From the NCBI GenBank assembly GCA_013152895.1, contig JAADFN010000047.1, positions 1,340 through 65,339 on the forward strand: 64,000 bases of DNA. Direction: 5' to 3'. This DNA is from Acidobacteriota bacterium. Lineage in GTDB: Bacteria; Acidobacteriota; Thermoanaerobaculia; Thermoanaerobaculales; Sulfomarinibacteraceae. Positions 1 to 9,403 of the stretch are shown here, piece by piece. A program made the position numbers and the translations under genes. Position 1 is the first letter of the stretch. Each line of letters begins with the position of its first letter. The notes below the pieces were generated by a model. The model searched no databases and was not told where the DNA came from. It saw only the letters and a list, made by a program, of their open reading frames with translations.

Positions 1-488
1 GCCGCATACAGCGAGCTCGACCTTCCGATCGACTTCGCCAAGCTGCTTCCCGCCGGGATGGCGGGCCCGATGCTCGCGATGATGAAAATGACCGCAAGCG
101 GGGCGACCAAACCAAGAAAATTGGCAAGTGGATGACCCGCCGCTGGGATGTGACGATGAATTCGTCGATGGCCAAGGTGCACCAGGTCCAGTGGGTCACG
201 AAAGACGTCAAGCTGGATCTTGCCGCATACAAACGGATGGGCGCCGCGATGATGAAGCTTCAACCCGGCATGGCGGATGCCATGGCCGAGCTCGAGAAGA
301 TCGACGGGTTTCCGGTGGCCGAGGACACGGAGACGCAGATGGCGATGGGTTCGGGCGCCAAGATGACGTCCCACACCGAGGTGGTTTCCATCACGAACGA
401 GCAGGCCCCGCCCGGAACGTACGCACCCCCGGCGAATGCGAAGGCCAAGCCGTTCAACATGATGAAAATGATGCAAAACCGCCAGTAA
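1..488 (+). CDS. 3' part of a hypothetical exported protein (DUF4412-like C-terminus, tentative). The gene enters from upstream, with an apparent frame change at G-run 100-103.
   Basis: Frame 1 is open with high GC3 from nt 1 to about 100 (AAYSELDLPIDFAKLLPAGMAGPMLAMMKMTASG). The coding signal then continues in frame 3 (TKKIGKWMTRRWDVTMNSSMAKVHQVQWVTKDV...) to TAA 486-488. Track ORF 132..488 is the distal part. Confidence 0.4.
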   Translation, partial: RIQRARPSDRLRQAASRRDGGPDARDDENDRKRGDQTKKIGKWMTRRWDVTMNSSMAKVHQVQWVTKDVKLDLAAYKRMGAAMMKLQPGMADAMAELEKIDGFPVAEDTETQMAMGSGAKMTSHTEVVSITNEQAPPGTYAPPANAKAKPFNMMKMMQNRQ

Positions 489-512
489 ACGCACCCGGCG
501 GCGTTCCCCGCG

Positions 513-1034
513 TCATCCCTGGCGTGGATGGCGCGGGTTCATTGCGCCGACCCGCCGGAGGAGGAGCATCGTCTTGTGCTCGGTGGGCCAGGCGAGCAGC
601 ATCAGGAGACCGGCGGCAATCACGTACCACACCGTCGTGTGGGGCCCCGCGCCGGCCTCGGCGTTGATCAACCCGCACACAACGATCACCTCGAGGCGGA
701 CCAGGACCGTCACGGAGACCCGGAAATGTCCCGAGAGGAGACGCTCGACGTCCTCGTGACTGTCGAAAGCCTCCCGGATCCGATGAAGCCGTTTGGCGGC
801 AAACCGGTTGATGGTGAAGGCGTACCATGCGGCGATGAGCGCCGTGATGGCAAGAACGGCCTGGGGCGATACGAAGTCGAGCCGTTGCCGGGGGAGGAAG
901 AACGCGCCCGCACCAGCAACGGGGATGGTCACGAGGAATACGGCCGTGACGACCCGCATGCGCAGCAGGTGACGGCGGACGCTCTGGACGAGGCTGAGCT
1001 GCTCACTGTTCACTTGGAGTCTCCTTTGGCGCAT
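513..1034 (-). CDS. hypothetical integral membrane protein
   Basis: 173-aa ORF with several hydrophobic helices (VVTAVFLVTIPVAGAGAFF, AVLAITALIAAWYAF, VIVVCGLINA, VWYVIAAGLLMLLAW). No recognisable domain. The start may instead be the internal Met at 959, which would remove the overlap with the upstream gene. Confidence 0.45.
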   Translation of the reverse strand: MRQRRLQVNSEQLSLVQSVRRHLLRMRVVTAVFLVTIPVAGAGAFFLPRQRLDFVSPQAVLAITALIAAWYAFTINRFAAKRLHRIREAFDSHEDVERLLSGHFRVSVTVLVRLEVIVVCGLINAEAGAGPHTTVWYVIAAGLLMLLAWPTEHKTMLLLRRVGAMNPRHPRQG

Positions 1035-2373
1035 CCCCGCGCGGGCCGTTTTTGGACCGGGTCCGTTGATCGAGCCCCCAGACGAGCCCGGCCCACGTCG
1101 CTGCCAGCAGTCCGTTCAACGGCGTCTGCAGGCCGAATCCAACGAACTCGTGGAGACCGCACGCCGTGAGCGCGAGCGCGGCAGCGGCGGCCGGATAGCG
1201 CAGGTCGAACCGGAGTACACGGGTGCGACCCGGCCGGAGGATGGCGGCAAACCCGGCCATCAGTAGCAGCAGCGCACCGAGGCCGATCGCCCCTCCATCG
1301 GCCGCCAGCTCGAGCCAGTCGTTGTGAGCTTGCTCGAGCCGGAGCGAGCCGGTCGGAGGCTTGTCGAGGCCGATAACGTCCGCGAAGGCGCCGAGGCCAC
1401 ACCCCACGGCCGGGCTTCTCTCCCAGAGAGCCGCCGTGCCGCGCCAGAGGTCGAGCCGCGTGTTCCCCTCGACGCCCCGGATGATGAACAGGTCTTCGAA
1501 CCGGTCGTGCAACGGCTGGATCCGGTTGAAGGCGAGGAACGCCGCAGCTGCGATCAGCACCGAAGCGACCAGGATCCACGGCCAGCGGAGCCCCCGGTGT
1601 CGCCTGCGCCACAGCACCAGCGTCAGGAGACCGGCAAGCGCGAGGAACAGCACGCCGCCCCGCGAACCGCACCGGACGAGGGCGGCGAGCTCCAGGATGA
1701 CGGTTGCCGAGGCGCCCAGGAAGATCACGGCCGCCTGCCGCCGGCCCTCGCCGGGGAGCCGGAGCCTTCGCGCCGCAGCTGCAAGGAGCGCGAGGGCGGC
1801 CGGAATCGTCAGCTCGATCGCGAGCGCAAAATGGTTGTGATTGACGAACGGGCCGTAGGGACCGCCCCCAGCCGTGTTTGCGCGCACCAGGAGAACCTTG
1901 GCGGGCAGGCCCTGCTCGGTGGCGAGACCGAGGATGGCGAGGAGGCCTCCAGCGGCGGCGAGCGTGGTCAAGAGGAAGGGGATTCCAGTCCGGGTGCCCG
2001 CCATGCGGGCCGCCGTCATCCCCACAATGACGGCAATCGCGATCGTTGCGGCCGCCTGCGCCGTCGCCGAAGGGGCCACGGAGAGGGGAAACCATCCGTG
2101 TGCGCCGACCGAAGCGAGACCCGGTTCGATCAACCGTCGAACCATCGCCGGAAGCGGCAGGAGCTGCACCAGGACGAGGGCCCCGAGGATGGTCACGGCC
2201 GCCCGCGAGCTCCCGGGAAGCTCGGGAACCTGCCGCATCTCGATGGCGAGGATCAGAACGAGTGCGGCCGTCAGCACACGCGTGATGGGATCGACGCCGG
2301 CGAACGCCACGACGTTGCCGAGCACGATGACGGCGAAGAGGAGCCGGTGGATGCGCAGAGCGGGTACGTTCAT
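1003..2373 (-). CDS. O-antigen ligase (Wzy_C) family membrane protein
   Basis: 456-aa polytopic membrane protein with a periplasmic loop motif, LRLEQAHNDWLELAADGG, typical of O-antigen ligase/WaaL-like proteins. Confidence 0.7.
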   Translation of the reverse strand: MNVPALRIHRLLFAVIVLGNVVAFAGVDPITRVLTAALVLILAIEMRQVPELPGSSRAAVTILGALVLVQLLPLPAMVRRLIEPGLASVGAHGWFPLSVAPSATAQAAATIAIAVIVGMTAARMAGTRTGIPFLLTTLAAAGGLLAILGLATEQGLPAKVLLVRANTAGGGPYGPFVNHNHFALAIELTIPAALALLAAAARRLRLPGEGRRQAAVIFLGASATVILELAALVRCGSRGGVLFLALAGLLTLVLWRRRHRGLRWPWILVASVLIAAAAFLAFNRIQPLHDRFEDLFIIRGVEGNTRLDLWRGTAALWERSPAVGCGLGAFADVIGLDKPPTGSLRLEQAHNDWLELAADGGAIGLGALLLLMAGFAAILRPGRTRVLRFDLRYPAAAAALALTACGLHEFVGFGLQTPLNGLLAATWAGLVWGLDQRTRSKNGPRGDAPKETPSEQ

Positions 2374-3074
2374 TCCCGGGGTTCGGGCGTGAAACGGTAT
2401 CCCACGCCGCGCACCGAATGGATGTAGCGGGGACGTCTGGGATCCGGTTCGAAGTACCGTCTCAGGCGGACGATGAAGTTGTCAATGGTTCTGGACGATG
2501 TCGAGAACCGGTACCCCCACACCCTTTCGAGAATCTCGGGCCGCGAGACCACCTGGTTCTGCCGCTCCACCAGGAGCTTCATCAACATGCACTCTTTCTC
2601 GGTCAGCTGGATCGTCCTTCCCTTGGCATGGGCTTCGAAGGTGCGAAAGTTGACCTCGTTACCGCCGAAACGGACGATCTCGTTGTTTTCCGGCGTGTCC
2701 TGATACCAGTCCTGACGCCGGAAAATGCCCTGAATCCTGAGGATGAGCTCTTCGAGGAGGAACGGCTTCGGGATGTAGTCGTCGGCGCCGACCTTGAGAC
2801 CGAGGAGCCGGTCCGCATCGGAGGACTTCGCCGTTAGGAACAGGATGGGAACCCGGCTGCCGGTCGCACGGATCCGGCGGCACACCTCGATCCCGTCGAG
2901 CTTGGGCATCATGATATCGAGCAGGATCAGATCGAACTGGATCGACGTGGCCAGGCGAAGCCCCTCTTCCCCGTCATGAGCGATCGTGGTGGCGTACCCC
3001 TCGAACTGGAGGTTGTGGGCCAGGCCTTCGGCGAGGTTCTTTTCGTCGTCCACGATCAGGATATGACGTTTCAT
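2370..3074 (-). CDS. OmpR-family response regulator
   Basis: N-terminal receiver domain (ILIVDDE...DLILLDIMMPKLDG...K) and a C-terminal winged-helix domain (RVWGY...TIDNFIVRLRRYFE...IHSVRGVGYRF). Overlaps the upstream kinase gene by 4 nt. Confidence 0.9.
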   Translation of the reverse strand: MKRHILIVDDEKNLAEGLAHNLQFEGYATTIAHDGEEGLRLATSIQFDLILLDIMMPKLDGIEVCRRIRATGSRVPILFLTAKSSDADRLLGLKVGADDYIPKPFLLEELILRIQGIFRRQDWYQDTPENNEIVRFGGNEVNFRTFEAHAKGRTIQLTEKECMLMKLLVERQNQVVSRPEILERVWGYRFSTSSRTIDNFIVRLRRYFEPDPRRPRYIHSVRGVGYRFTPEPRE

Positions 3075-4441
3075 TCGGTGCTCTCCTCAACGTTCGTCCT
3101 TTCCAGTGTAATCTGGAACACGGTTCCGTGCGGACCGGTCGAGGCCACGCCGACCGTTCCGTGGTGGGCCGTGATGATGGCCTTGACCAGGAACAGGCCG
3201 AGTCCCGTTCCGGACGCGGTCCGCGTCATCTCGTCTCCACTCCGGAAAAACTGGTCGAAAATCAAGGGGATGTCCGCCTCCGGAATACCGTGTCCGTTGT
3301 CCTCGACCGTTAGCGTGGTTTGTCGTTCACGGGCGTGAAGGCCGACACGGATGACCGGCGGGTCGCCCCCGTACTTGAGAGCGTTCTCGAGGAGATTCGA
3401 AAGTGCGATGGAGAACGCCTCCCGGTCCACGCGGGCGAAGATCCCGGGCTCAATCTCGGTACGGATGTCGACCTGCGTCGCGGCAGCCCTCCGTGTGAAT
3501 GCGGCGACGGTCTCTTCCACGATGAAGCTCAACGAATCGATGTCGAGGGTGATGGCTCTGCGGCCGGTGGCGTACCGCGTCACTTCGAGGACCTTCTCCA
3601 CGAGGTTGCCGAGCCGTTCCGTATCTTCGAGCGCGTGCTCCAAGAACCGTTTTGCCGTGGCTTCGTCCGCCCTCCGGCGGAGGAGCGTTTCCAGGGAGAG
3701 CCGTACCGAGGCCAGGGGGGACTTGAGCTCGTGCGTGATCGCCGAGAGGAAATTCTGATGCTGCCGCTCGAGCTCGAGCTCCCGCCGCAGGCTTATCCAC
3801 AGGAGCCCCATCATGACGAAGATCAGGAGCGCAAAAAAACTCCCCTCGGATACCACCATGAGAATGTGGCTCCGGGACATGGACAGGGCCTGGGCCCATC
3901 GCTGTGGCGTCGGCCGGACCTGGAACGAGGTCAGCGGCGGGGGAAGGGTGACGCCCGGAATCCGCGCCGCGTCGGAAACGCTCACGATTTCGAGCCCTTC
4001 GGGCGGGGTCATGAGCCGGTGAATCCAGGCGGCTGCTGGAATCGCGCGAACGCGTGTCTGGCCCGCGGCGACGATCAGCTGGAGGTTCCTTCCGGAGGCC
4101 GTCCAGCCGGGGGGCGCCTGCTTCCCGGACAGCGGCTCGATCCGCACGAACGGCGGGGGAAGCGGGGCGGCGAGGCCCGGTGCGCCCGCCAGCGCCGAGG
4201 CCAGGGCGTCCGCGGCGCCTGCAAGCTCTGCCCGAATGTGCTCGGCCGCAAGCCGGGAGGCGGCGGTCATCAGGCGACGTTCCAGGTGGAGTCGGACGCG
4301 GGTCTCCCGGATCGTGAAGACGATCCACCAGCTGAGCTGAGCATTGACGACGATGACAGCGAGAACGGCAACGATCAGGTGCCTCATGGTCAGCTGGCCC
4401 TGGCGGCGCATTTCAGGAGTATACCCGGTACGGCGCGTCAT
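3071..4441 (-). CDS. sensor histidine kinase
   Basis: N-terminal TM helix and periplasmic region, a second TM helix, an H-box (FLSAITHELKSPLAS), and N/G boxes (LLENALKYG, DNGHGIP, GTGLGL). The start may be the internal Met at 4387. Confidence 0.9.
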   Translation of the reverse strand: MTRRTGYTPEMRRQGQLTMRHLIVAVLAVIVVNAQLSWWIVFTIRETRVRLHLERRLMTAASRLAAEHIRAELAGAADALASALAGAPGLAAPLPPPFVRIEPLSGKQAPPGWTASGRNLQLIVAAGQTRVRAIPAAAWIHRLMTPPEGLEIVSVSDAARIPGVTLPPPLTSFQVRPTPQRWAQALSMSRSHILMVVSEGSFFALLIFVMMGLLWISLRRELELERQHQNFLSAITHELKSPLASVRLSLETLLRRRADEATAKRFLEHALEDTERLGNLVEKVLEVTRYATGRRAITLDIDSLSFIVEETVAAFTRRAAATQVDIRTEIEPGIFARVDREAFSIALSNLLENALKYGGDPPVIRVGLHARERQTTLTVEDNGHGIPEADIPLIFDQFFRSGDEMTRTASGTGLGLFLVKAIITAHHGTVGVASTGPHGTVFQITLERTNVEESTE

Positions 4442-4511
4442 GTGCTGGGGGGAGCCCCGGGGTGGTCGCCCCTGTTGCGGCGACGGTCCTGGTGGCGAGT
4501 ATTATAATTTC

Positions 4512-4539
4512 TTGACTTGAGCAATCTTTTCTATAAGAT
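4512..4539 (+). promoter_or_regulatory. putative sigma-70 promoter for the Rieske/cytochrome b operon
   Basis: An AT-rich island in a GC-rich intergenic region: TTGACT (4512-4517), 16 nt, TAAGAT (4534-4539), about 60 nt upstream of the Rieske start. Confidence 0.35.
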
Positions 4540-4595
4540 ATTGCCAATCGGTCGACGGACCCTATTACCGTGCCGGAATTCAACGGTGGGAGGAA

Positions 4596-5054
4596 GTGGC
4601 GATGGACCAGGATCCCAAGAACCTGCAACCTTCGCGTCGTTCTTTCGTGGATTGGCTTTTGGGAACCGCTTTCGGGGCGGTCGTGGTCTCGGCGTTCTAC
4701 CCGGTTTTCCGGTACGTCATGCCTCCGAAGGTCGTGGAAGCGCAGACAAACCGGGTGCTGGCCGGGAAGGTGTCGGAGATGAAGCCCAATTCGGGGAAGA
4801 TTTTCAGGTTCGGCTCCAAACCGGGCATTCTCATCGAGACGCCCGGCGGCGAGATCCGCGCCTTCACCGCCATCTGCACACATCTCCAGTGCACCGTTCA
4901 GTACCGGCCCGACCTGGAGCAGATCTGGTGCGCCTGCCACAACGGCCACTACAACCTCAACGGCATCAACGTGGCTGGCCCTCCTCCCCGCCCCCTTCAG
5001 CCGTACAAGGTGGCGATCCAGGGTGACAAGATCTGGGTCTCCCGGGGGGCATGA
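4596..5054 (+). CDS. Rieske 2Fe-2S subunit of a cytochrome bc/b6f-type complex
   Basis: Twin-arginine signal (SRRSFVDWLLG) and the Rieske boxes CTHLQC and CACHNGHY. The GTG at 4596 touches the SD GGGAGGAAG, so the ATG at 4602 is the more likely start. Confidence 0.9.
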   Translation: MAMDQDPKNLQPSRRSFVDWLLGTAFGAVVVSAFYPVFRYVMPPKVVEAQTNRVLAGKVSEMKPNSGKIFRFGSKPGILIETPGGEIRAFTAICTHLQCTVQYRPDLEQIWCACHNGHYNLNGINVAGPPPRPLQPYKVAIQGDKIWVSRGA

Positions 5055-5057
5055 AGC

Positions 5058-6140
5058 GTGCGTATTCTCGATTCGCTCTACCGTTTCCTCGACGATCGCC
5101 TCGATCTCAGCCCCCTCATAGAATTTGCGCGCCACAAGGAGGTGCCACGCCACCGGTTCAGCTGGGCCTACTTCTTTGGCGGCTTGACCCTCTTTTTCCT
5201 CTTTGTCCAGATCTGCACCGGGATTCTCCTGCTCCTCTACTACCGGCCGACGGCCGAGGCCGCTTTCGAGAGCGTCCAGTTCATCATGACCCGGGTGACC
5301 TTCGGCTGGCTGATCCGGTCGATCCACTCGTGGTCGGCGAACCTCATGATCCTGTCGGCCTTCCTGCACATGTTCTCGGTCTACTTCATGAAGTCCTACA
5401 CCAAACCGCGCGAGATGACCTGGTGGAGCGGCTTCGTGATGCTGGTCCTGGCGATGGGGTTCGGCTTTTCCGGCTACCTCTTGCCGTGGAACAAGCTTGC
5501 GTTCTTCGCGACCCGGGTGGGAACCGACATGGTGAGCAAGGTGCCGTTCACCGGCGACTGGCTGCTGCACGTCATGCGCGGCGGCGACGACGTGACGGGG
5601 GCGACGCTGACGCGTTTCTTCGGCATTCACGTCGCCGTCCTGCCGATGCTGCTGACGGCCTTTCTCATCATGCACCTGGCCCTCGTACAGCGCCAGGGAA
5701 TGCACGTCCCGGCCTCGCTGAAAGCAGAGGCGGACCGCCGGCCGGCCATTCGATTCTTCCCCAACTTCGTGTATCGCGAGCTCGTGGTCTGGCTGGTTGG
5801 CCTGGCGCTTCTGGCGGTCCTGGCCGCTTTCTTCCCCTGGAAACTCGGTGTCAAGGCTGACCCGTTCGCCTCCGCCCCGGCCGGAATCCAGCCCGAGTGG
5901 TACTTCCTCTTCATGTTCGAGACGCTCAAGAAGATCCCGGCGATGGTGTTCGGTATCGAGGGCGAGCTGCTCGGGTTGGGCGCCTTCGCGCTCGGTGGTC
6001 TTTTCTGGTTCTTGATCCCCGTCCTTGATCGCAAATCGCAACGGGGAGAACGGTCACGGTTGTTCACGGTCATCGGGATCGTTGTTCTGACGTACATCGC
6101 CGGCACGACCATACTGACGTTCCTGGGGGTGCTCTCGTGA
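5058..6140 (+). CDS. cytochrome b (fused b6 and subunit IV type)
   Basis: 360 aa with typical cytochrome b helices and heme-ligand histidines ([35 protein letters not shown]) and a PEWYFLFMF motif. Confidence 0.9.
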   Translation: MRILDSLYRFLDDRLDLSPLIEFARHKEVPRHRFSWAYFFGGLTLFFLFVQICTGILLLLYYRPTAEAAFESVQFIMTRVTFGWLIRSIHSWSANLMILSAFLHMFSVYFMKSYTKPREMTWWSGFVMLVLAMGFGFSGYLLPWNKLAFFATRVGTDMVSKVPFTGDWLLHVMRGGDDVTGATLTRFFGIHVAVLPMLLTAFLIMHLALVQRQGMHVPASLKAEADRRPAIRFFPNFVYRELVVWLVGLALLAVLAAFFPWKLGVKADPFASAPAGIQPEWYFLFMFETLKKIPAMVFGIEGELLGLGAFALGGLFWFLIPVLDRKSQRGERSRLFTVIGIVVLTYIAGTTILTFLGVLS

Positions 6141-7432
6141 TGCGTGAAAAGGGTGATGGATTTGCTGCGGCGGTGATCGCCATCGGCCTGCTGATTGTCG
6201 CTCCCGGGGCTGCTGCCGCCGGAGGGGGCGCGGCCGGCCGGGCGAAGATCACGGTCACCTCGGGCGGCACCTGCCAGGGCTGCCATCTGGGGCTCGGTGA
6301 CGCGAAGCTCCACGATCCCGCCGTGGGCTTCAATCACGACGTCCATAACCGGCCGGGCCTGGGGTGCGTCGCCTGTCACGGCGGCGATCCGAAGGCCGAG
6401 GATCCGGAAGAGGCGATGAGCCCGCGGCGGGGCTTTCGCGGCGTGCCGAAACCTTCGCAAATTCCGAAGCTCTGCGGCTCCTGCCACGCGAACAGCTCGT
6501 TCATCAAGAAGTTCGCGCCGAACCTGCCCACGGATCAGCTGGCCCAGTACAGGACCAGCGTGCACGGGAAACGTCTCGCTGCCGGTGACACCAATGTCGC
6601 CACATGCATCTCCTGCCACGGCGTGCACGGCATCCGGGCGGTCAAGGACTCGAGATCGTCGGTGTACCCGACCCACGTGGTCGCGACCTGCGCACAGTGC
6701 CACGCGAACAAGGCGCTGATGAGCACGTACGGCATCCCCAGCGACATCGTGGAGAAGTACAAGCGTTCCGTGCACTTCGAAGCGCTCACCAAGAAGAACG
6801 ATCTCTCGGCCCCGACGTGCAACGACTGTCATGGCTCGCACGGCGCCACCCCCCCGGGAGTGTCATCGATCTCCAACGTGTGTGGGACCTGCCACGTGAA
6901 GAACATGGATCTCTTCCGGAAGTCGCCCCACGCGAAAGCTTTTTCCGAGATTGGTGTCGGCGCCTGCGACGGGTGCCACGGCCACCATGACGTCACGGTT
7001 CCGGACGATGCGAAGATCGGCGTCGGGAAGGGTACCTTCTGCGGGCGTTGTCACGATGCGTCCGATCGCGGGGGGGAAGCCGCCTCCGGAATCAGCGCTG
7101 CCCTGACCCTGGCGACCGACACCGTCGACCGTGCCCGGACCGAGGTTCAGGATGCCGAGAGAAAGGGCATGCTGATGGAAAAGGCGGAGATCAAGCTCCA
7201 GGAGTCCCACCAGGACCTGGTCGAAGCTCGTACGGAGGTTCACCTGGCCTCTGTCTGGGCCGTAACAAAGCGGGCGAACGGCGCCGTGGCGGCCGCGAAG
7301 GCCGCGCTCGACGCGGCCGCCCGGGCGCGCAAGGAGATCCGTTACCGGCGCCATGGGCTCCTGATCGCCCTGGCCCTGATCCTGATCGCCCTGGTTGCCC
7401 TGATCCTCAAGATTCGGAAGATCGAGCAGTAG
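6137..7432 (+). CDS. membrane-anchored nonaheme c-type cytochrome of the bc-type complex
   Basis: Nine CXXCH motifs (CQGCH, CVACH, CGSCH, CISCH, CAQCH, CNDCH, CGTCH, CDGCH, CGRCH), an N-terminal signal or TM segment, a C-terminal coiled coil and a TM anchor ([17 protein letters not shown]). The start overlaps the cytochrome b stop. Confidence 0.85.
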   Translation: MMREKGDGFAAAVIAIGLLIVAPGAAAAGGGAAGRAKITVTSGGTCQGCHLGLGDAKLHDPAVGFNHDVHNRPGLGCVACHGGDPKAEDPEEAMSPRRGFRGVPKPSQIPKLCGSCHANSSFIKKFAPNLPTDQLAQYRTSVHGKRLAAGDTNVATCISCHGVHGIRAVKDSRSSVYPTHVVATCAQCHANKALMSTYGIPSDIVEKYKRSVHFEALTKKNDLSAPTCNDCHGSHGATPPGVSSISNVCGTCHVKNMDLFRKSPHAKAFSEIGVGACDGCHGHHDVTVPDDAKIGVGKGTFCGRCHDASDRGGEAASGISAALTLATDTVDRARTEVQDAERKGMLMEKAEIKLQESHQDLVEARTEVHLASVWAVTKRANGAVAAAKAALDAAARARKEIRYRRHGLLIALALILIALVALILKIRKIEQ

Positions 7433-7434
7433 CC

Positions 7435-7452
7435 TGGATGATGCATCATCCG
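7435..7452. repeat. GGATGAT...ATCATCC palindrome, copy 1 of 3
   Basis: TGGATGATGCATCATCCG lies 3 nt after the TAG of the nonaheme cytochrome gene. It is related to the palindromes at 49502-49520 and 62103-62130. Confidence 0.5.
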
Positions 7453-7583
7453 TGGCGGCCGCCTGCCCGCCTGGGCCGGCCCCCGGCACGGGTGGGATGG
7501 TAAGGTGAGCTCGGGGGCGGGCGACGGAACAGTCATTTCTTGATCTGCATGCGTTCATCGAGGTTCTTCGCCGCGAGGGCGAA

Positions 7584-9329
7584 GTGACCGTGGTGCGGGC
7601 GCCGGTGGATCCACGACTCGAGGTCGCGGAGATTCACCGGCGGGTGATCGCTGCGGGCGGCCCGGCCCTGCTCTTTGAGAACCCGGTCGGGTCGAGCATG
7701 CCCGTCGTGACCAACTTGTTCGGCACGAGGCGGCGGGCCGAGCTCGCTTTTGGGACGCGGCCCTTCCGGTTCGTGGAGCGGCTGGCCTCTCTCGCGCACG
7801 AGCTGTTCCCTCCCTCGGCCCGGAAGATCTGGCAGGCCCGGGACGTCGGCCTGGACCTGTTGCGGGCGGGCACGAGGGGCGCCCGCTCCGCGCCGGTGCG
7901 CGAGATCGTGACCGATGACCCGGATCTCACGCGCCTCCCCGCGTTGACCTGCTGGCCGGAGGATGGCGGCCCGTTCCTGACGTTGCCGCTCGTCTATACC
8001 GAGGCGCCGGGCGGGGGCGCGCACAACCTCGGGATGTACAGGATGCAGGTTTTTGGTCCCCGGACGACCGGCATGCACTGGCAGATCGCCAAGGGCGGTG
8101 GATTTCATTTCGCCGCGGCCCAGGAGAGGGGTGAGCCGCTCCCGGTGACGGTGTTTCTAGGCGGACCGCCGGCCCTTATCCTGGCCGCCATCGCTCCGCT
8201 TCCTGAAAACGTTCCGGAGCTCGTCCTCGCATCGCTGTTGCTGGGGCGGCGCCTGCGGACGGTCAGCGGGATCGGCCCGCACCCGCTGATCGCCGACGCC
8301 GAGGTCGCGCTCATCGGCGAGGTACACCCCGGGGAACGCCGTCCGGAAGGACCCTTCGGGGATCATTACGGCTCCTACTCCCTGGTGCACGAGTACCCGG
8401 TCTTTCACGTCACGAGGGCGGCGCGACGGCGGGACGCCGTGTTCCCGGCCACGGTCGTCGGCAAGCCGCGCCAGGAAGATTTCTTCATCGGGGACCTCCT
8501 GCAGGAGCTCCTCAAACCTTTCCTCGAGCTCGCCATGCCCACGGTGAGGGACTTCTGGTCGTACGGCGAGACGGGATACCACGCCCTGTCGGCGGCCGTC
8601 GTGCGGGAACGCTACCGCCGCGAAGCCATGGTCTCGGCGTTCCGCATCCTCGGCGAGGGGCAGCTCTCGTTGACGAAGTTCCTGCTCATCACTGACCGCA
8701 CGGTGGACCTGAGGGATATCCGCGCGGTCCTGGAACATGTTCTCGCGCGGACACGGCCGGAGACGGACCTGTACGTCTTCGGCGATCTTGCCATGGACAC
8801 GCTCGACTACACGGGCCCTGAGGTCAACCGCGGATCGAAGGGGGTCTGGCTCGGTCTGGGGGATCCGGTCCGGGAGCTCCCCCGGACCTTCGCGGCGCCC
8901 GAGCTGCCCGTCGGTGTGGCGGACGTGCGGGTCTTCTGCGGCGGGTGCCTGGTGGTCGGAGCGCCGCGATACGCGGATGAACCGGACGCCGCGGGGCGGC
9001 TGGCGCGCCACCCGGCGTTTTCCGGCTGGCCGCTCGTGATCGTGACCGACGAGCCGGCACGGGCGGCGGCGAGCCCGATGAACTTCCTCTGGACCACGTT
9101 CACGCGTTTCGAGCCGGCCAGGGATATCCATGCAGCGTCTCTCCGTGTGAGCTCGAATCACGTCCTCCGGACGCCGCCGATCGTCATCGATGCCAGGATG
9201 AAACCGGGATATCCCGACGAGCTGTTCTGTGATCCTGAAACGGCCGAGCTCGTCGAGCGCCGGTGGCTGGAATACTTCCCGGATCGCAGCGTCGCGATGG
9301 GGGATTCAGACCGCGGTCACCTCGACTGA
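7584..9329 (+). CDS. UbiD-family (prenylated-FMN dependent) decarboxylase, quinone biosynthesis type
   Basis: Matches the UbiD N-terminus and core (VDPRLEVAEIHRRVIAAGGPALLFENPVGSSMPVVTNLFGT...). Conserved N-terminal residues (SFLDLHAFIEVLRREGE) are encoded in frame upstream of the GTG at 7584 with no canonical start codon, so the true start is upstream or lies behind an indel. Confidence 0.85.
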   Translation: MTVVRAPVDPRLEVAEIHRRVIAAGGPALLFENPVGSSMPVVTNLFGTRRRAELAFGTRPFRFVERLASLAHELFPPSARKIWQARDVGLDLLRAGTRGARSAPVREIVTDDPDLTRLPALTCWPEDGGPFLTLPLVYTEAPGGGAHNLGMYRMQVFGPRTTGMHWQIAKGGGFHFAAAQERGEPLPVTVFLGGPPALILAAIAPLPENVPELVLASLLLGRRLRTVSGIGPHPLIADAEVALIGEVHPGERRPEGPFGDHYGSYSLVHEYPVFHVTRAARRRDAVFPATVVGKPRQEDFFIGDLLQELLKPFLELAMPTVRDFWSYGETGYHALSAAVVRERYRREAMVSAFRILGEGQLSLTKFLLITDRTVDLRDIRAVLEHVLARTRPETDLYVFGDLAMDTLDYTGPEVNRGSKGVWLGLGDPVRELPRTFAAPELPVGVADVRVFCGGCLVVGAPRYADEPDAAGRLARHPAFSGWPLVIVTDEPARAAASPMNFLWTTFTRFEPARDIHAASLRVSSNHVLRTPPIVIDARMKPGYPDELFCDPETAELVERRWLEYFPDRSVAMGDSDRGHLD

Positions 9330-9403
9330 CCCGGGCCCTGGCGGGTCTTTGAGCCCGGCCGCACGCGTTGACGTTCACCCGAAACGGGACACGTGGCAAC
9401 TGC

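Noticed and set aside
128-667. A 179-aa ORF in frame 2 overlapping the first gene.
   Set aside because: It has a low-complexity Gly/Arg/Asp composition. Frame 3 carries the GC3 signal and a plausible protein.
9328-9347. The hairpin GACCCG-N8-CGGGTC followed by TTT, as the ubiD terminator.
   Set aside because: The stem is short (6 bp), the loop is large and the T-run is only three bases. This is too weak to annotate.
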